DNA from: an uncultured delta proteobacterium
Lineage (GTDB): Bacteria > Desulfobacterota > Binatia > Binatales > Binataceae
Length of the DNA: 64,000 nt
Reading direction: 5' to 3'
Assembly (NCBI GenBank): GCA_963756005.1
Contig: CAVWMC010000006.1
Coordinates: 35,567-99,566, forward strand
Part shown: positions 19,212 to 28,884 of the stretch, in pieces
Layout of the letters: each line of letters begins with the position of its first letter
Position numbering within the stretch: the first letter of the stretch is position 1
Notes under the pieces: model-generated
Told to the model about the DNA's origin: nothing
The model's input: only the letters and a program-made list of their open reading frames with translations
The model's database searches: none
Translations under genes and position numbers: made by a program

Positions 19212-19997
19212 ATGGGTGAAATACTGCTTCAGGCCGAGACGCTCTGGTATCGCGAAGTCGTGCGCTTCATTCGCCAACCGATCCGCGTGGTCAGCGCGAT
19301 TGCGACGCCGCTGGTTTTCTGGCTGCTGCTCGGCGCCGGCTTGCAGGCGTCGTTCAAGCCGAGCGGGATGCCGGCCGGGCTCGACTACGTGCAATATTTT
19401 TATCCCGGCGTGATCGTGCTGATGCTGCTGTTCACGGCGATCTTCGCGACCGCCTCGACCGTGGACGATCGGCGCCAGGGGTTTCTGCAAGGCGTGCTGG
19501 TCGCGCCTATTTCGCGCGCGACGATCGTGCTCGGCCAGGCGCTCGGCTGCACGACGCTATCGTTGATGCAGGGCGCGATCTTCCTTGCGATGGCGCCGCT
19601 GGCGGGAATCCATCTCAGTCTCGGCGCGATCGTCGTGTCGCTCGCGATCATGGGATTGATCGCGTTCGCGATGACGAGCATCGGGCTCGCGATGGCGTGG
19701 AAGACGGAATCGACGCAGGGCTTCCACGCGTTCATGAACATGCTGCTGCTGCCGCTCTGGATGCTGTCGGGGTCGGTGTTTCCGGTGGCGGGCGCGCCCG
19801 GCTGGTTCCAATGGACGACGCGGCTCAATCCGCTGACCTACGCCGTGGACGCGCTGCGGCAGGGACTCTATCTCGCCGAGCCCGCCTCGAGCGGCGCGAC
19901 GATGCCGATGGGATCGTCAGTCGCGATCGCGATCGCATTCGCCGCCTTCGCCTTCATCCTTGCAACCCGCGTCGCAAGGACGGCTTCAACGATTTAG
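19212..19997 (+). CDS. ABC-2 family transporter permease
   Basis: 261 aa with 6 TM helices. It lies 7 nt after the ATPase stop. Confidence 0.85.
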   Translation: MGEILLQAETLWYREVVRFIRQPIRVVSAIATPLVFWLLLGAGLQASFKPSGMPAGLDYVQYFYPGVIVLMLLFTAIFATASTVDDRRQGFLQGVLVAPISRATIVLGQALGCTTLSLMQGAIFLAMAPLAGIHLSLGAIVVSLAIMGLIAFAMTSIGLAMAWKTESTQGFHAFMNMLLLPLWMLSGSVFPVAGAPGWFQWTTRLNPLTYAVDALRQGLYLAEPASSGATMPMGSSVAIAIAFAAFAFILATRVARTASTI

Positions 19998-20761
19998 CGC
20001 GGCGGCATTCGCAGCGCGCCGTCGAGGCGGATCGTTTCGCCGTTCAGCATTTCGTTCTCGACGATGTGGCGCGCGAGTGCTGCGTATTCTGACGGCTTGC
20101 CCAGGCGCTGCGGGAACGGAATCTGCGCGGCCAGCGCTTTGCGATTCGGCTCGGGCAAGCCCGCGAGCATCGGAGTCTCGAAAGTTCCCGGCGCGATCGT
20201 GCAGATGCGGATGCCGAGCGACGCGAGGTCGCGCGCTATCGGCAGCGTCATCGAAACCACGCCGCCTTTCGACGCCGAGTACGCAACCTGCCCTATCTGT
20301 CCGTCAAACGCGGCGACCGACGCGGTGTTGATGATCACGCCGCGCTCACCGTCGGCGCCCGGCTGATTTTTCGCCATCTGCGCCGCGGCCAGCCGCGTGA
20401 CATTAAAGGTACCGATGAGATTCACCGCGATCACTTTGCTGAACAGGTCGAGCGAGTGCGGACCGTCCTTGGTCACCGTGCGCATCGCGCGGCCGATACC
20501 GGCGCAGTTGACGGCGATTTGAATCGAGGAGAACCTGGCGACAATTTTCGCAATCGCGTCAGTGACCTGGTCGGCGGAGGCGACGTCAGCCTCGACGAAA
20601 AGCGCGTTGGCGCCGAGCGACTCAGCGACTTTGGCGCCGGGCGACGACGGCAAATCGAGAATCGCGACCTTGGCGCCGGCCGCCGCGAATTCGCGGACAG
20701 TTGCTTCGCCGAGTCCGGAGCCGCCACCGGTCACCAGCGCCACCGAATTTTTGAGATTCAT
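19994..20761 (-). CDS. SDR-family oxidoreductase (3-hydroxyacyl-CoA dehydrogenase type II-like)
   Basis: TGGGSGLG Rossmann motif, NCAG and the YSASK catalytic tetrad element. The match to the HSD17B10/FadB2 subfamily extends over the full length. Confidence 0.9.
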   Translation of the reverse strand: MNLKNSVALVTGGGSGLGEATVREFAAAGAKVAILDLPSSPGAKVAESLGANALFVEADVASADQVTDAIAKIVARFSSIQIAVNCAGIGRAMRTVTKDGPHSLDLFSKVIAVNLIGTFNVTRLAAAQMAKNQPGADGERGVIINTASVAAFDGQIGQVAYSASKGGVVSMTLPIARDLASLGIRICTIAPGTFETPMLAGLPEPNRKALAAQIPFPQRLGKPSEYAALARHIVENEMLNGETIRLDGALRMPPR

Positions 20762-20877
20762 ATCAACCTCGCGGATGTAAGTGCTGCAACCGCGAAGAGG
20801 CTATGACCGAAGCCGTGAGGTTGCAACCGGCCAACAAACGCTCGCAGCGAATGCCGAACGCCGGGAATCTCTAGCTG

Positions 20878-21420
20878 TCAGCAGTCGCCGCCGGAGCTTT
20901 TCACGGTCGCGGTTCCGGGGGGCGGTCCAGGGGAACAGAAGGGTGGCGCATCGTCGAAGGCCTCCGCAGTCCCTTCGCCGGTTGCCGTCGCGCGTGCGAA
21001 GCCGCCAGCCTCACATTGTGCCATGGCCGTCCCGCTTGAGGTGGCGGTGGCTGTGGCTGTGCACTTGCCCGCACTTCCGTCCGCAGACGCGTCCGCCGTG
21101 CCCTCTCCGCTCGCTTTTGCCGTAGCCTTGCCGTGCGAGGCAGCAGATGCGTCCGCGGTACCCTCTCCGGTCGCGGTGGCATTTGCCTTTCCGTTTGTTT
21201 CCGAAATAGCTTCCGCAGAGCCGGCGCCCTTCGCGATTGCCTTCGACTTGCCACCACCGGTCGCATCCGCTTCGCAATCACTCCCGTCGGCGCCCGTGTG
21301 CATGACCTCGCCCTTGTTGTTTGACTTGCACGTCGCCCCCTTCCCAGCATGTGCACTCGCTGCCGCAAATCCCAAAAAAACTACAGCCACTAAACCCACC
21401 ATCGTCTTTCGTGCTTTCAC
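20878..21420 (-). CDS. Secreted low-complexity repetitive protein (Gly/Ala/Thr/Ser-rich with imperfect GEGTADASA repeats and 6 Cys)
   Basis: Signal peptide MKARKTMVGLVAVVFLGFAAASAHA (GTG start behind GGGAGGG). Internal tandem repeats of about 60 nt are visible at the DNA level (21070-21200). Confidence 0.5.
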   Translation of the reverse strand: MKARKTMVGLVAVVFLGFAAASAHAGKGATCKSNNKGEVMHTGADGSDCEADATGGGKSKAIAKGAGSAEAISETNGKANATATGEGTADASAASHGKATAKASGEGTADASADGSAGKCTATATATSSGTAMAQCEAGGFARATATGEGTAEAFDDAPPFCSPGPPPGTATVKSSGGDC

Positions 21421-21524
21421 AGATTTCCCTCCCGAGGATCTGCGTTAATTCCGAGTATGAACACTCGGCGCGCGCCAAACATGTATATGACGCGGGCCGC
21501 CGTTTCCACTAACTTCCAGACGAA

Positions 21525-23579
21525 CTAGTCTGGCGAAGCTTGTTGCTGAGCAGGAGCCGGGCGCGCTGTTTCAAGTAGTCGCCGGGCGGAGGCGACCGCG
21601 GCAATCGAGCCGGCTAGTTCCAGGACGTCGCCTTCGCGCAGGATTTCGTTGCCGGTCGGGACCACTACTTCGGAATTGGCGCGACCGATCGCAACCACCA
21701 CCGCGCCGCTGTTGGTGTGCAAGTCCAGGTCTGACAGTTTCTTGCCGACGCTCTCGCTATCGGCGCGCAGCGGTATCGGCGTGATTTGTCCGATGCCGGG
21801 GACTTCGTATGACCCGGCACCGACGTGAGCGCCGCCGAGCGCGAGGCGAATCAGCTGCGTGGCATTGCGAATCTGCCCCTGCATCTGGCGCGCGCTGCGG
21901 GTCACGATCACGACCAGCAGCACACTCGTGATCACAATGATTCCGATTCCTTCAACCGACGCCATGAACGGCTGAACGATCGCGAGCAGCGGCACGGCGG
22001 CGACCAGCAGAATCGTTATCTGCAGCAATTCGATAAGCGCGCTCACGGCGGGTGCGCCGCTCGGTGGAAGTTCAGCCAGTGCGCGCGATGCGAGCGCGCT
22101 CGCGAGGCGGCGCGCCGCCAAATACATCGCGGCCGCCGGCACGGCGCATAGCAGCAGCGCGAACAGATCGACGAACAGGCCGGCGTCGAAATACGAGAGA
22201 TGCTCAATGCTCGAGACGGTGGTGGTCACGTCGAATGGATCGTGTTCATTGACGATCAGAATTGCGCCAATCAGCACGGCGCTCGAGACGATGGCGGCTA
22301 TCGGCCATGCGATTGAGTTGGCGTCTTTGGCGGGCTGCCCCGCGTTGCGAATCCGCTCGAGCCACGAGTCGTAGAGCGCCTCGAGCACCTTGAGCGGTCG
22401 CGGCATCCGCGCTGAAACGAATTCGGCGAAAGGAATCGAGCCGCGAATCATGTACGGCGTCAGAAAAGTTGTGACCGCCGAGACCGCGACGGCGAGCGTG
22501 TAGAGAAAATCGCGGGCGGCGCCGGTCTTGAGCGCCGCGCCGGCGATGATGAACGAGAACTCACCGATTTGCGACAAGCTCATGCCGGCTTCGATCGAAG
22601 TTTTAGTGCCGACGCCGCTCAGGATCGAAGCGAAAGTGACGCCGATTATTTTTCCGCCGACAACCGCGGCCGTCAGCACGATCAGCGCCTGCCAATGCTG
22701 TTGAATAAGCGCGGGATCGATCATCATGCCAACCGAGACGAAGAACACGGCGCCGAATATGTCGCGCAGCGGTGCGACCAGATGCTCGATTTGCTCGGCC
22801 TCGCCGGACTCCGCGACGAGCGATCCCGCGAGGAAGGCACCGAGCGCGACTGAGTAGCCGGCGTGCTCGGCGAGCAGCGCGAAGGCGAAACAAATGCCGA
22901 CGACCGCGACCAGCGTCGTCTCCGGCCGATCCATCCGCACGATAAATCGCACGACCGGCGGCACCACGATAAAGCCGATGCCCACGAAGGCGACCAGGAA
23001 CAAGATCAGGCGCGCGATCGTCACCGTCATCAGCGACGCCGATACGTTCGCGCCCGAGGCCAGCGTGGTAAGAATCGCGAGCTCGACCACGGCCGTGAGA
23101 TCCTCGGCGAGCAGCACGCCGAACACCAGTTCGCGCAGGCGGTCGGAGACCGGCGTTTCCTGGTAGGCCTTGGCGACGATGGTCGTGCTCGAGATCGAAA
23201 GAATCGCGCCGGTGAAGATGCTCTCGAGCGGCGTCCACCCGAGCGCGCGACCGCATACGTAACCGAGCCAGATCATGAAGCCGACCTGGAGTGCAGTGAT
23301 GAAGCCCGAGGTCGGGCCGAGGCGAATCAGCTTGCGCACGCTGAACTCGAGCCCGAGCGCGAACATCAGCAGAATCACGCCAAGCTCGGACAGCGTGTGG
23401 ATGCGCTCAGGGTCGGCGAGCAGCGGAATCGGAACGTTGGGACCGACTATCATGCCCGCTATCAGATAGCCGACGACGACCGGCTGGCGGATCTTCTGGA
23501 AGATGATCGTGGTGACCGCGGCGACGCATAGCACCATCGCGAGATCTTCCAGAAACGTGTGTGAGGTGAATACGTGCAC
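21525..23579 (-). CDS. Cation:proton antiporter (CPA2 family, KefB/KefC-like) with C-terminal TrkA-C (RCK_C) domain
   Basis: 684 aa. The N-terminal roughly 400 aa holds 12-13 TM helices with Na_H_Exchanger-type segments. The C-terminal soluble domain (...VVVAIGRANSEVVVPTGNEILREGDVLELAG) is a typical TrkA-C. Confidence 0.85.
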   Translation of the reverse strand: MHVFTSHTFLEDLAMVLCVAAVTTIIFQKIRQPVVVGYLIAGMIVGPNVPIPLLADPERIHTLSELGVILLMFALGLEFSVRKLIRLGPTSGFITALQVGFMIWLGYVCGRALGWTPLESIFTGAILSISSTTIVAKAYQETPVSDRLRELVFGVLLAEDLTAVVELAILTTLASGANVSASLMTVTIARLILFLVAFVGIGFIVVPPVVRFIVRMDRPETTLVAVVGICFAFALLAEHAGYSVALGAFLAGSLVAESGEAEQIEHLVAPLRDIFGAVFFVSVGMMIDPALIQQHWQALIVLTAAVVGGKIIGVTFASILSGVGTKTSIEAGMSLSQIGEFSFIIAGAALKTGAARDFLYTLAVAVSAVTTFLTPYMIRGSIPFAEFVSARMPRPLKVLEALYDSWLERIRNAGQPAKDANSIAWPIAAIVSSAVLIGAILIVNEHDPFDVTTTVSSIEHLSYFDAGLFVDLFALLLCAVPAAAMYLAARRLASALASRALAELPPSGAPAVSALIELLQITILLVAAVPLLAIVQPFMASVEGIGIIVITSVLLVVIVTRSARQMQGQIRNATQLIRLALGGAHVGAGSYEVPGIGQITPIPLRADSESVGKKLSDLDLHTNSGAVVVAIGRANSEVVVPTGNEILREGDVLELAGSIAAVASARRLLETARPAPAQQQASPD

Positions 23580-23653
23580 AGTCGCGTCGGGGCATTCTAA
23601 CTTGATACGGAGCGCGGGCGCGAGTGTTCGAGCGATCGCGTCGAGATGGTGGG

Positions 23654-24238
23654 CTACTGCTTGAAGACCAGCGGCGGTCCGCTGACGCGCTTGGCCGTGA
23701 GGGCGACTCTCACTTCGACGCGATTGGCGATCTTGATGAACGGAATGCCGCTGTTCATCCCGTAGTCTTTGCGGTCGAAGTAGAGCGTCCCGTTAATCGT
23801 GCCTGAGCCCGTACCCTTGCCGATCACCGCGAGTGTCAGCTTCTCGGACCTGGTAACTCCGCGCAGCGTAAAGTTGCCGTCCACTTCGAAGGTGTTGGCG
23901 CCGGTCTGTACGAGTTTCGTCGACTTGAACGTGATCAACGGATTGTTGTTGACGTCGAAAAAATCTTTGCTCTTCAGCTTGCCGTTCTTCAAGCTGCTTC
24001 CCGTATCCACCGTGGCAGCCTGAATCTCGACGTCCAAAGTCCCGCTCGTCACGTCGCCCGACGTAAAAGTTAAAGTTGCGGTCCACTTGTCGAAAGTACC
24101 CTTTATCGCCACCGACGCTTCGACGTCGAACTTGATCGAGCTCTCGACTGGCGTGATCGCGAACACCGGAACCTGCTGCGCCCAGCTTAATGACGGGAGC
24201 AGCACGGACACTAAAAGGCAGAGGGCGAATGATCGCAT
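23654..24238 (-). CDS. YceI-family periplasmic protein
   Basis: Signal peptide plus the YceI-like lipid/polyisoprenoid-binding barrel pattern (SSIKFDV...GTFDKW...TLDVEI...TFKSTK). Confidence 0.8.
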   Translation of the reverse strand: MRSFALCLLVSVLLPSLSWAQQVPVFAITPVESSIKFDVEASVAIKGTFDKWTATLTFTSGDVTSGTLDVEIQAATVDTGSSLKNGKLKSKDFFDVNNNPLITFKSTKLVQTGANTFEVDGNFTLRGVTRSEKLTLAVIGKGTGSGTINGTLYFDRKDYGMNSGIPFIKIANRVEVRVALTAKRVSGPPLVFKQ

Positions 24239-24426
24239 GGCGGGCAGTGTGAGTTTTTAATGCTTCATTGTCAACTGGGAGAGGAACCTGACCGCTGTCT
24301 GACGCGAATCGATCTAATTAGGCCGCGCGAGATTCGATCGTGCGTCGCGACGCGATCGATCTTGCACTAACCGACAGCTTCCAGTACTAACCTACTCATT
24401 CGGGCTCAGTTGACTACGGGGGGACC

Positions 24427-25014
24427 GTGAAGAAACTCGCCGTCAGTATTCTTGCCGTTTGCGCTTTGCTTGGTTCTTCCTGCGCCACGATGCTGAAGGG
24501 CACGAAGGATGAGATCACCGTAGTTTCGGATCCGTCAGGCGCCGAGGTAACCGCCAACGAAACGCACGAGGGACCGACTCCTGTCTCGTTCACGGTCCCG
24601 TCGAAACAGGATCTTAACATCACGGTTTCGAAAGCGGGTTACCAGCCGGAAGATCTGCAAGATCCGACGAGCTTCCGCTGGGGCTACGAGATCTGGGCTT
24701 TCATTGCGTACGTGATTCCGATGGTCGTTGATTTGTCGGACGGTGCAGCATGGGGGCATGACCATCTGACGATGACTGCGCATCTTGAGCCGAACGGTCA
24801 GCCGACTTCCGCCGCTGCGGCAGCACCGCCAGTTGCGAGCGCGGCCTCCGAGGCCCCAGCGTCGCCTCTTGCGAGCCCGTCGCCGGCGGCACCGAGCGAC
24901 GCTATTGCGACCGGGTCTGTTCCTCCGCCTGTCGCGGCTCCATCGATTTCCGCTGCGACGCAACCTCAAGCAAATGTCCCGCCGTCATCGCCTGTCACTT
25001 CCGCACCGCAATAG
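24427..25014 (+). CDS. PEGA-domain lipoprotein with Pro/Ala/Ser-rich C-terminal tail
   Basis: MKKLAVSILAVCALLGSSC lipobox. ITVVSDPSGAEVTANE...NITVSKAGYQPED matches the PEGA pattern. The C-terminal roughly 80 aa is a low-complexity P/A/S linker. Confidence 0.55.
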   Translation: MKKLAVSILAVCALLGSSCATMLKGTKDEITVVSDPSGAEVTANETHEGPTPVSFTVPSKQDLNITVSKAGYQPEDLQDPTSFRWGYEIWAFIAYVIPMVVDLSDGAAWGHDHLTMTAHLEPNGQPTSAAAAAPPVASAASEAPASPLASPSPAAPSDAIATGSVPPPVAAPSISAATQPQANVPPSSPVTSAPQ

Positions 25015-25082
25015 TTCGGAATGCGCGTGGCTTAAGAGCGATCCAACCCGTTTCTCCTACCAATGGAAAACAATCGCAAGGC

Positions 25083-26246
25083 TCAGCGAGTATCCGATAC
25101 TCGCGGCAGCACCTTGGTCCAGAACAGCTCGATCGTTTTCATCAGGCGGTCGTGCGGCATCAGGCCGTTGTACATCCATGCGAAGATCCACCTGATCGGC
25201 AGGCGCTTGAGCAGGTGCTCGACCTGGCGCGTGACAGTGTCCACCGTGCCGACGAAGGCGAGGCCGTTGCTCCACAGATCGGCGGGCTCGCCGGTTTTGG
25301 GATCGTCGAGGCCCTTGGAAAATCCGAACGGCTCGAACCATTCGTGGCCGCAGAAATAACCGCTCTCGCGCCAGATTGCGCGCGCTTCGTCGTCGCTGTC
25401 GGCGATCACGATATCGCGCAGCACGCCCATCCCTTCGCCGAGCGGCTTCTTCGAGACTTCCGCATAGACTTCGCACAGCTGATGTTCGAGCGACGGATGC
25501 AGCGGCGGCAGAATCGCGGTGACACCCTCCTGCGCGCACCATCGGATGCTGCGTTCGGATGACGCGAACGGCTGAAAGATCGGCGGATGCGGCTTCTGCA
25601 CCGGCTTGGGCACGACCGAGACCGCGCGCACGATTCCGTTCTCGACGCCGCCGCCCCATTTCGCCGTCGCGTCGAGCGTCCACGGCGTCTCGCCGGGCGG
25701 CACGCGCCAGTATTTGCCCTGGTACGAACTGAAATCCTGGGTCCAGGCCTGCTTGATGATGCGAAAATTTTCCTCGAACGCCGCCCGGTTCGCGCTGTCG
25801 ATTTCGTCGTGCTGATGCGGTTGCGCGCCGTGAATCCCGTGCGTCTGCTGCGCCATGATATCGACCCATCGCCGCTGATAGCCGCGCGCGAAGCCCGCGT
25901 TGGCGCGCCCGCCGCTCATGTGATCGAGCATCGCGATGTCCTCGGCCACGCGCAGCGGATTTTGCGACGGCAACACGATCCCGAGCTGGCCGACGCGCAG
26001 CCGCTTGGTCTGCATCGCGATATACAAATCGAGCAGCACTGGATTGTTCGACAGCTCGAAGCCTTCGACGTGAAAGTGATGTTCGGTGAAACTGATCGAG
26101 TCGTAGCCGAGATCGTCGGCGAGCCGCGCCTGCCCGCTGATGTCGTGCAGCATCTGATCGTAGAGATGACCCTGCAATCCGACGCGCCCTTTTTCGATGT
26201 CAGCTTTGCTGCCGACCGACGGTAGATAGAAGAGCGATACCTTCAT
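25083..26246 (-). CDS. LLM-class flavin-dependent oxidoreductase (luciferase-like monooxygenase)
   Basis: MKVSLFYLP N-terminus, SISFTEHHF, RLRVGQLGIVLP and LPIRWIFAWMYNG are LLM TIM-barrel motifs. Start at the internal Met, giving 387 aa. Confidence 0.8.
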   Translation of the reverse strand: MKVSLFYLPSVGSKADIEKGRVGLQGHLYDQMLHDISGQARLADDLGYDSISFTEHHFHVEGFELSNNPVLLDLYIAMQTKRLRVGQLGIVLPSQNPLRVAEDIAMLDHMSGGRANAGFARGYQRRWVDIMAQQTHGIHGAQPHQHDEIDSANRAAFEENFRIIKQAWTQDFSSYQGKYWRVPPGETPWTLDATAKWGGGVENGIVRAVSVVPKPVQKPHPPIFQPFASSERSIRWCAQEGVTAILPPLHPSLEHQLCEVYAEVSKKPLGEGMGVLRDIVIADSDDEARAIWRESGYFCGHEWFEPFGFSKGLDDPKTGEPADLWSNGLAFVGTVDTVTRQVEHLLKRLPIRWIFAWMYNGLMPHDRLMKTIELFWTKVLPRVSDTR

Positions 26247-26390
26247 GATGCCCCGACTGTAGAACTCCTCGAATGAAAACGGCAAACGACACGAGCCACC
26301 CTGCTCTTTGCCGATTTGCGCGCGGCGGCGCTATAGTCGGGGCGCTGAACGTTGCCAGGCTTCGGCAAAACTCTTTGGAGAGGTGAATCG

Positions 26391-27281
26391 ATGTCGCAAC
26401 AACAACTCCAGCAGATAATCCAGATGCTCAAGGCGCAGCCGATCGCGGGCCGCCCGACGGTGCAGGAGACGCGCGCCAATTTCGAGCAGATGACAACGCT
26501 GTTTCCGGTCGCCGCTGACATCAAATGCGAGCCGGTGAACGCGGGCGGCGTCAAGGCTGAATGGGTGACGGCGCCGGGTGCGGACGCGGGCCGCGCGGTA
26601 CTTTACCTGCACGGCGGCGGTTACGTAATAGGCTCGATCAATACGCATCGCGATCTCGCGTCGCGAATTTCGCGTGCGGCGAAAGCGCGCGTGTTGTTAA
26701 TTGACTACCGGCTCGCGCCCGAGCATCCGTTTCCCGCGGCGGTCGAGGACAGTGTCGCGGCGTATCGCTGGATGCTCGCGCAAGGACTGAAGGCCGCGCG
26801 TATCGCAGTCGCAGGCGATTCGGCCGGCGGCGGACTCACCGTCGCGACGCTGGTTGCGATTCGCGACGCCAAGCTCGCGAGCCCCGGCGCTGGTGTGTGC
26901 CTGTCGCCGTGGACTGATCTCGAAGGGCTGGGCGATTCGATGAAGTCCAAGGCGGCGGTCGATCCGATGGTGAACAAGGAAGCTTTGCTCGAAATGGCGA
27001 AACATTACCTGGCCGGCAAAGATGCGCGCAGCCCGCTCGCGGCGCCGCTGTATGCCGACCTCGCGGGCCTGCCGCCGCTGCTGATCCAGGTCGGCACCGC
27101 GGAGACGCTGCTCGACGACTCGACGCGAATCGCCGAGCGCGCGCGCAAGGCGGGGGTGAAGGTCGCGCTCGAGCCGTGGGAAAATATGATCCACGTCTTC
27201 CAGGTTTTCGCGCCGATGCTCGACGAGGGTCAGCAGGCGATCGACAAAATTGGGGAGTTCGTCCGCGCCAACGCCGCGTAA
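26391..27281 (+). CDS. Alpha/beta hydrolase fold-3 esterase/lipase (HSL family)
   Basis: HGGGY oxyanion motif, GDSAGG nucleophile elbow and C-terminal D...H. Confidence 0.85.
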   Translation: MSQQQLQQIIQMLKAQPIAGRPTVQETRANFEQMTTLFPVAADIKCEPVNAGGVKAEWVTAPGADAGRAVLYLHGGGYVIGSINTHRDLASRISRAAKARVLLIDYRLAPEHPFPAAVEDSVAAYRWMLAQGLKAARIAVAGDSAGGGLTVATLVAIRDAKLASPGAGVCLSPWTDLEGLGDSMKSKAAVDPMVNKEALLEMAKHYLAGKDARSPLAAPLYADLAGLPPLLIQVGTAETLLDDSTRIAERARKAGVKVALEPWENMIHVFQVFAPMLDEGQQAIDKIGEFVRANAA

Positions 27282-27324
27282 GACCGGTGCGTCGATCGGC
27301 GATCGCGTAGCCGCGCTCGACTGG

Positions 27325-27996
27325 ATGCGCATCGAGCGCGATCTCGACGCGCAAGGCTACGCATTGACCGGAACGCTGTTGCGTGCGCCCGAATGCGCCG
27401 AGTTGATCGCGCTTTATCCCGAGCGCGATCGCTTTCGCAGCCGCGTCGTGATGGAGCGCCATCGCTACGGCGTCGGCGAGTACAAGTATTTCGCGCGCCC
27501 GATGCCGCCGCTGGTCGAGGATTTGCGCGTCGCGATATACCGCAAGCTGGCGCCGACGGCGAATCGATGGGCCGAGCGGATGCGATCGCCCGATTCGTAT
27601 CCACCGTCGCTTGCCGAGTTTCTGAAAATCTGCGCCGCTCACGGACAAACCCGACCGACGCCGCTGATCCTTCGCTACGAGGATGGCGGCTACAACTGCC
27701 TGCATCAGGATCTGTACGGTGAGGTAGCGTTCCCGCTGCAATTCACCTGCGCGCTCAGCCGGCGCGGCCGCGACTTCGAGGGCGGCGAACTATTGCTCGT
27801 CGAGCAGCGCCCGCGCGCGCAATCGCGCGGCGAGGCGATCGCGCTCGACGAAGGCGAGGGAATAATTTTCGCCAACCGCTACCGTCCCGCCGCCGGCACA
27901 AGGGGATTCCATCGCGTGAACATGCGTCACGGCGTCAGCACGATCAAAGCAGGCGTGCGCTACGCGATGGGCGTCATCTTCCACGACGCCGCGTGA
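27325..27996 (+). CDS. 2OG-Fe(II) oxygenase superfamily protein
   Basis: HQD (HxD) and a distal H in NMRHG, plus an RxS-like R, in a predicted jelly-roll context. The TTG at 27250 lies inside the upstream gene, so the start is taken at ATG 27325. Confidence 0.55.
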   Translation: MRIERDLDAQGYALTGTLLRAPECAELIALYPERDRFRSRVVMERHRYGVGEYKYFARPMPPLVEDLRVAIYRKLAPTANRWAERMRSPDSYPPSLAEFLKICAAHGQTRPTPLILRYEDGGYNCLHQDLYGEVAFPLQFTCALSRRGRDFEGGELLLVEQRPRAQSRGEAIALDEGEGIIFANRYRPAAGTRGFHRVNMRHGVSTIKAGVRYAMGVIFHDAA

Positions 27997-28002
27997 ACCA
28001 GC

Positions 28003-28257
28003 CTACGGCGTGTGGTCGTCAGCCGGACACTTGCCGTCATTGCATTCGCAAGTCGCACCCTCGTTGTCGGTGCGCCACTGGCCGCAGAAGTCCGAGCAGG
28101 CGGTCAGGTTGTCGTCCGTGCCGTAGAAGCCTTTGCAGCCCGCCGCGGCAGTCGGCGTCTTGGGATTGGAGAAATCGGCGTGACGATCGCGGTCAGCCGC
28201 AAACGCCAGTCCCACCAGTGCGATCGCAAACAGCCCCGACATGATGATCTTACGCAT
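28003..28257 (-). CDS. Small secreted cysteine-rich hypothetical protein (about 84 aa)
   Basis: MRKIIMSGLFAIALVGLAFAA signal peptide, then 8 Cys in about 60 aa (CKGFYGTDDNLTACSDFCGQWRTDNEGATCECNDGKC). Confidence 0.4.
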   Translation of the reverse strand: MRKIIMSGLFAIALVGLAFAADRDRHADFSNPKTPTAAAGCKGFYGTDDNLTACSDFCGQWRTDNEGATCECNDGKCPADDHTP

Positions 28258-28470
28258 CGATTCGTCCCCTATGCACGAAGCCCCCAAGCCGCGTGCGAGA
28301 ATCGTTTGACGGTATCAACCCCCTCCGCTATTCACAAACTGAACGCGCGGCAGATGCGCGATCCGACATGCTGTACGGTTGATTTCACAGTTTGTTGTCA
28401 CCAAAATAACGGACTGCCTGGTGCAGTTAGATCGCGAGTCGCGCCTGTCTTGCAGGCAAAGGGGATTTTC

Positions 28471-28875
28471 ATGCGGCGCATTTTTCTGGTTCTGATGCTC
28501 TCCATGTCGATGGCGATTGTGGCGTGCGCGTCGAATAGCGCGTCGAGCGGCAGCGGCAGTTCGAACGACGTAAAGGTGCTGAACGGGTGCAAAGTCGATG
28601 CGGCGCGAATCTGCAACAGCATCCGCGGCCAGAGCGTGGACGAAAGCAACACCGGATTGCAGGCCGATCCGACAAGGCTCGAACAAAACTCGGCGCGCAC
28701 GGCAAATATTGTCGTGCCGGTGAAGAATCCCAAAGGCGACGAAATCTTTGAGGTTGAGTGCGGGATGAACACGCAGCAGCAGTCGGTTAGCTGGGCGAGC
28801 ATCAAAACCGGGCCGCCGGTCACCGACGACGACGCCAATTATCTGCGCGGCGCCGGCTACTGCTCCGAGCCGTGA
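28471..28875 (+). CDS. Hypothetical lipoprotein (134 aa)
   Basis: MRRIFLVLMLSMSMAIVAC lipobox-like signal, Ser/Gly linker and 4 Cys. The track ORF's N-terminal extension is rejected because it is antisense to other features and has no SD. Confidence 0.45.
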   Translation: MRRIFLVLMLSMSMAIVACASNSASSGSGSSNDVKVLNGCKVDAARICNSIRGQSVDESNTGLQADPTRLEQNSARTANIVVPVKNPKGDEIFEVECGMNTQQQSVSWASIKTGPPVTDDDANYLRGAGYCSEP

Positions 28876-28884
28876 CGAATCTTC

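Noticed and set aside
21023-21448. 141-aa plus-strand ORF antisense to the repetitive secreted protein.
   Set aside because: It mirrors the tandem repeats of the real gene. The minus-strand reading has the signal peptide and SD.
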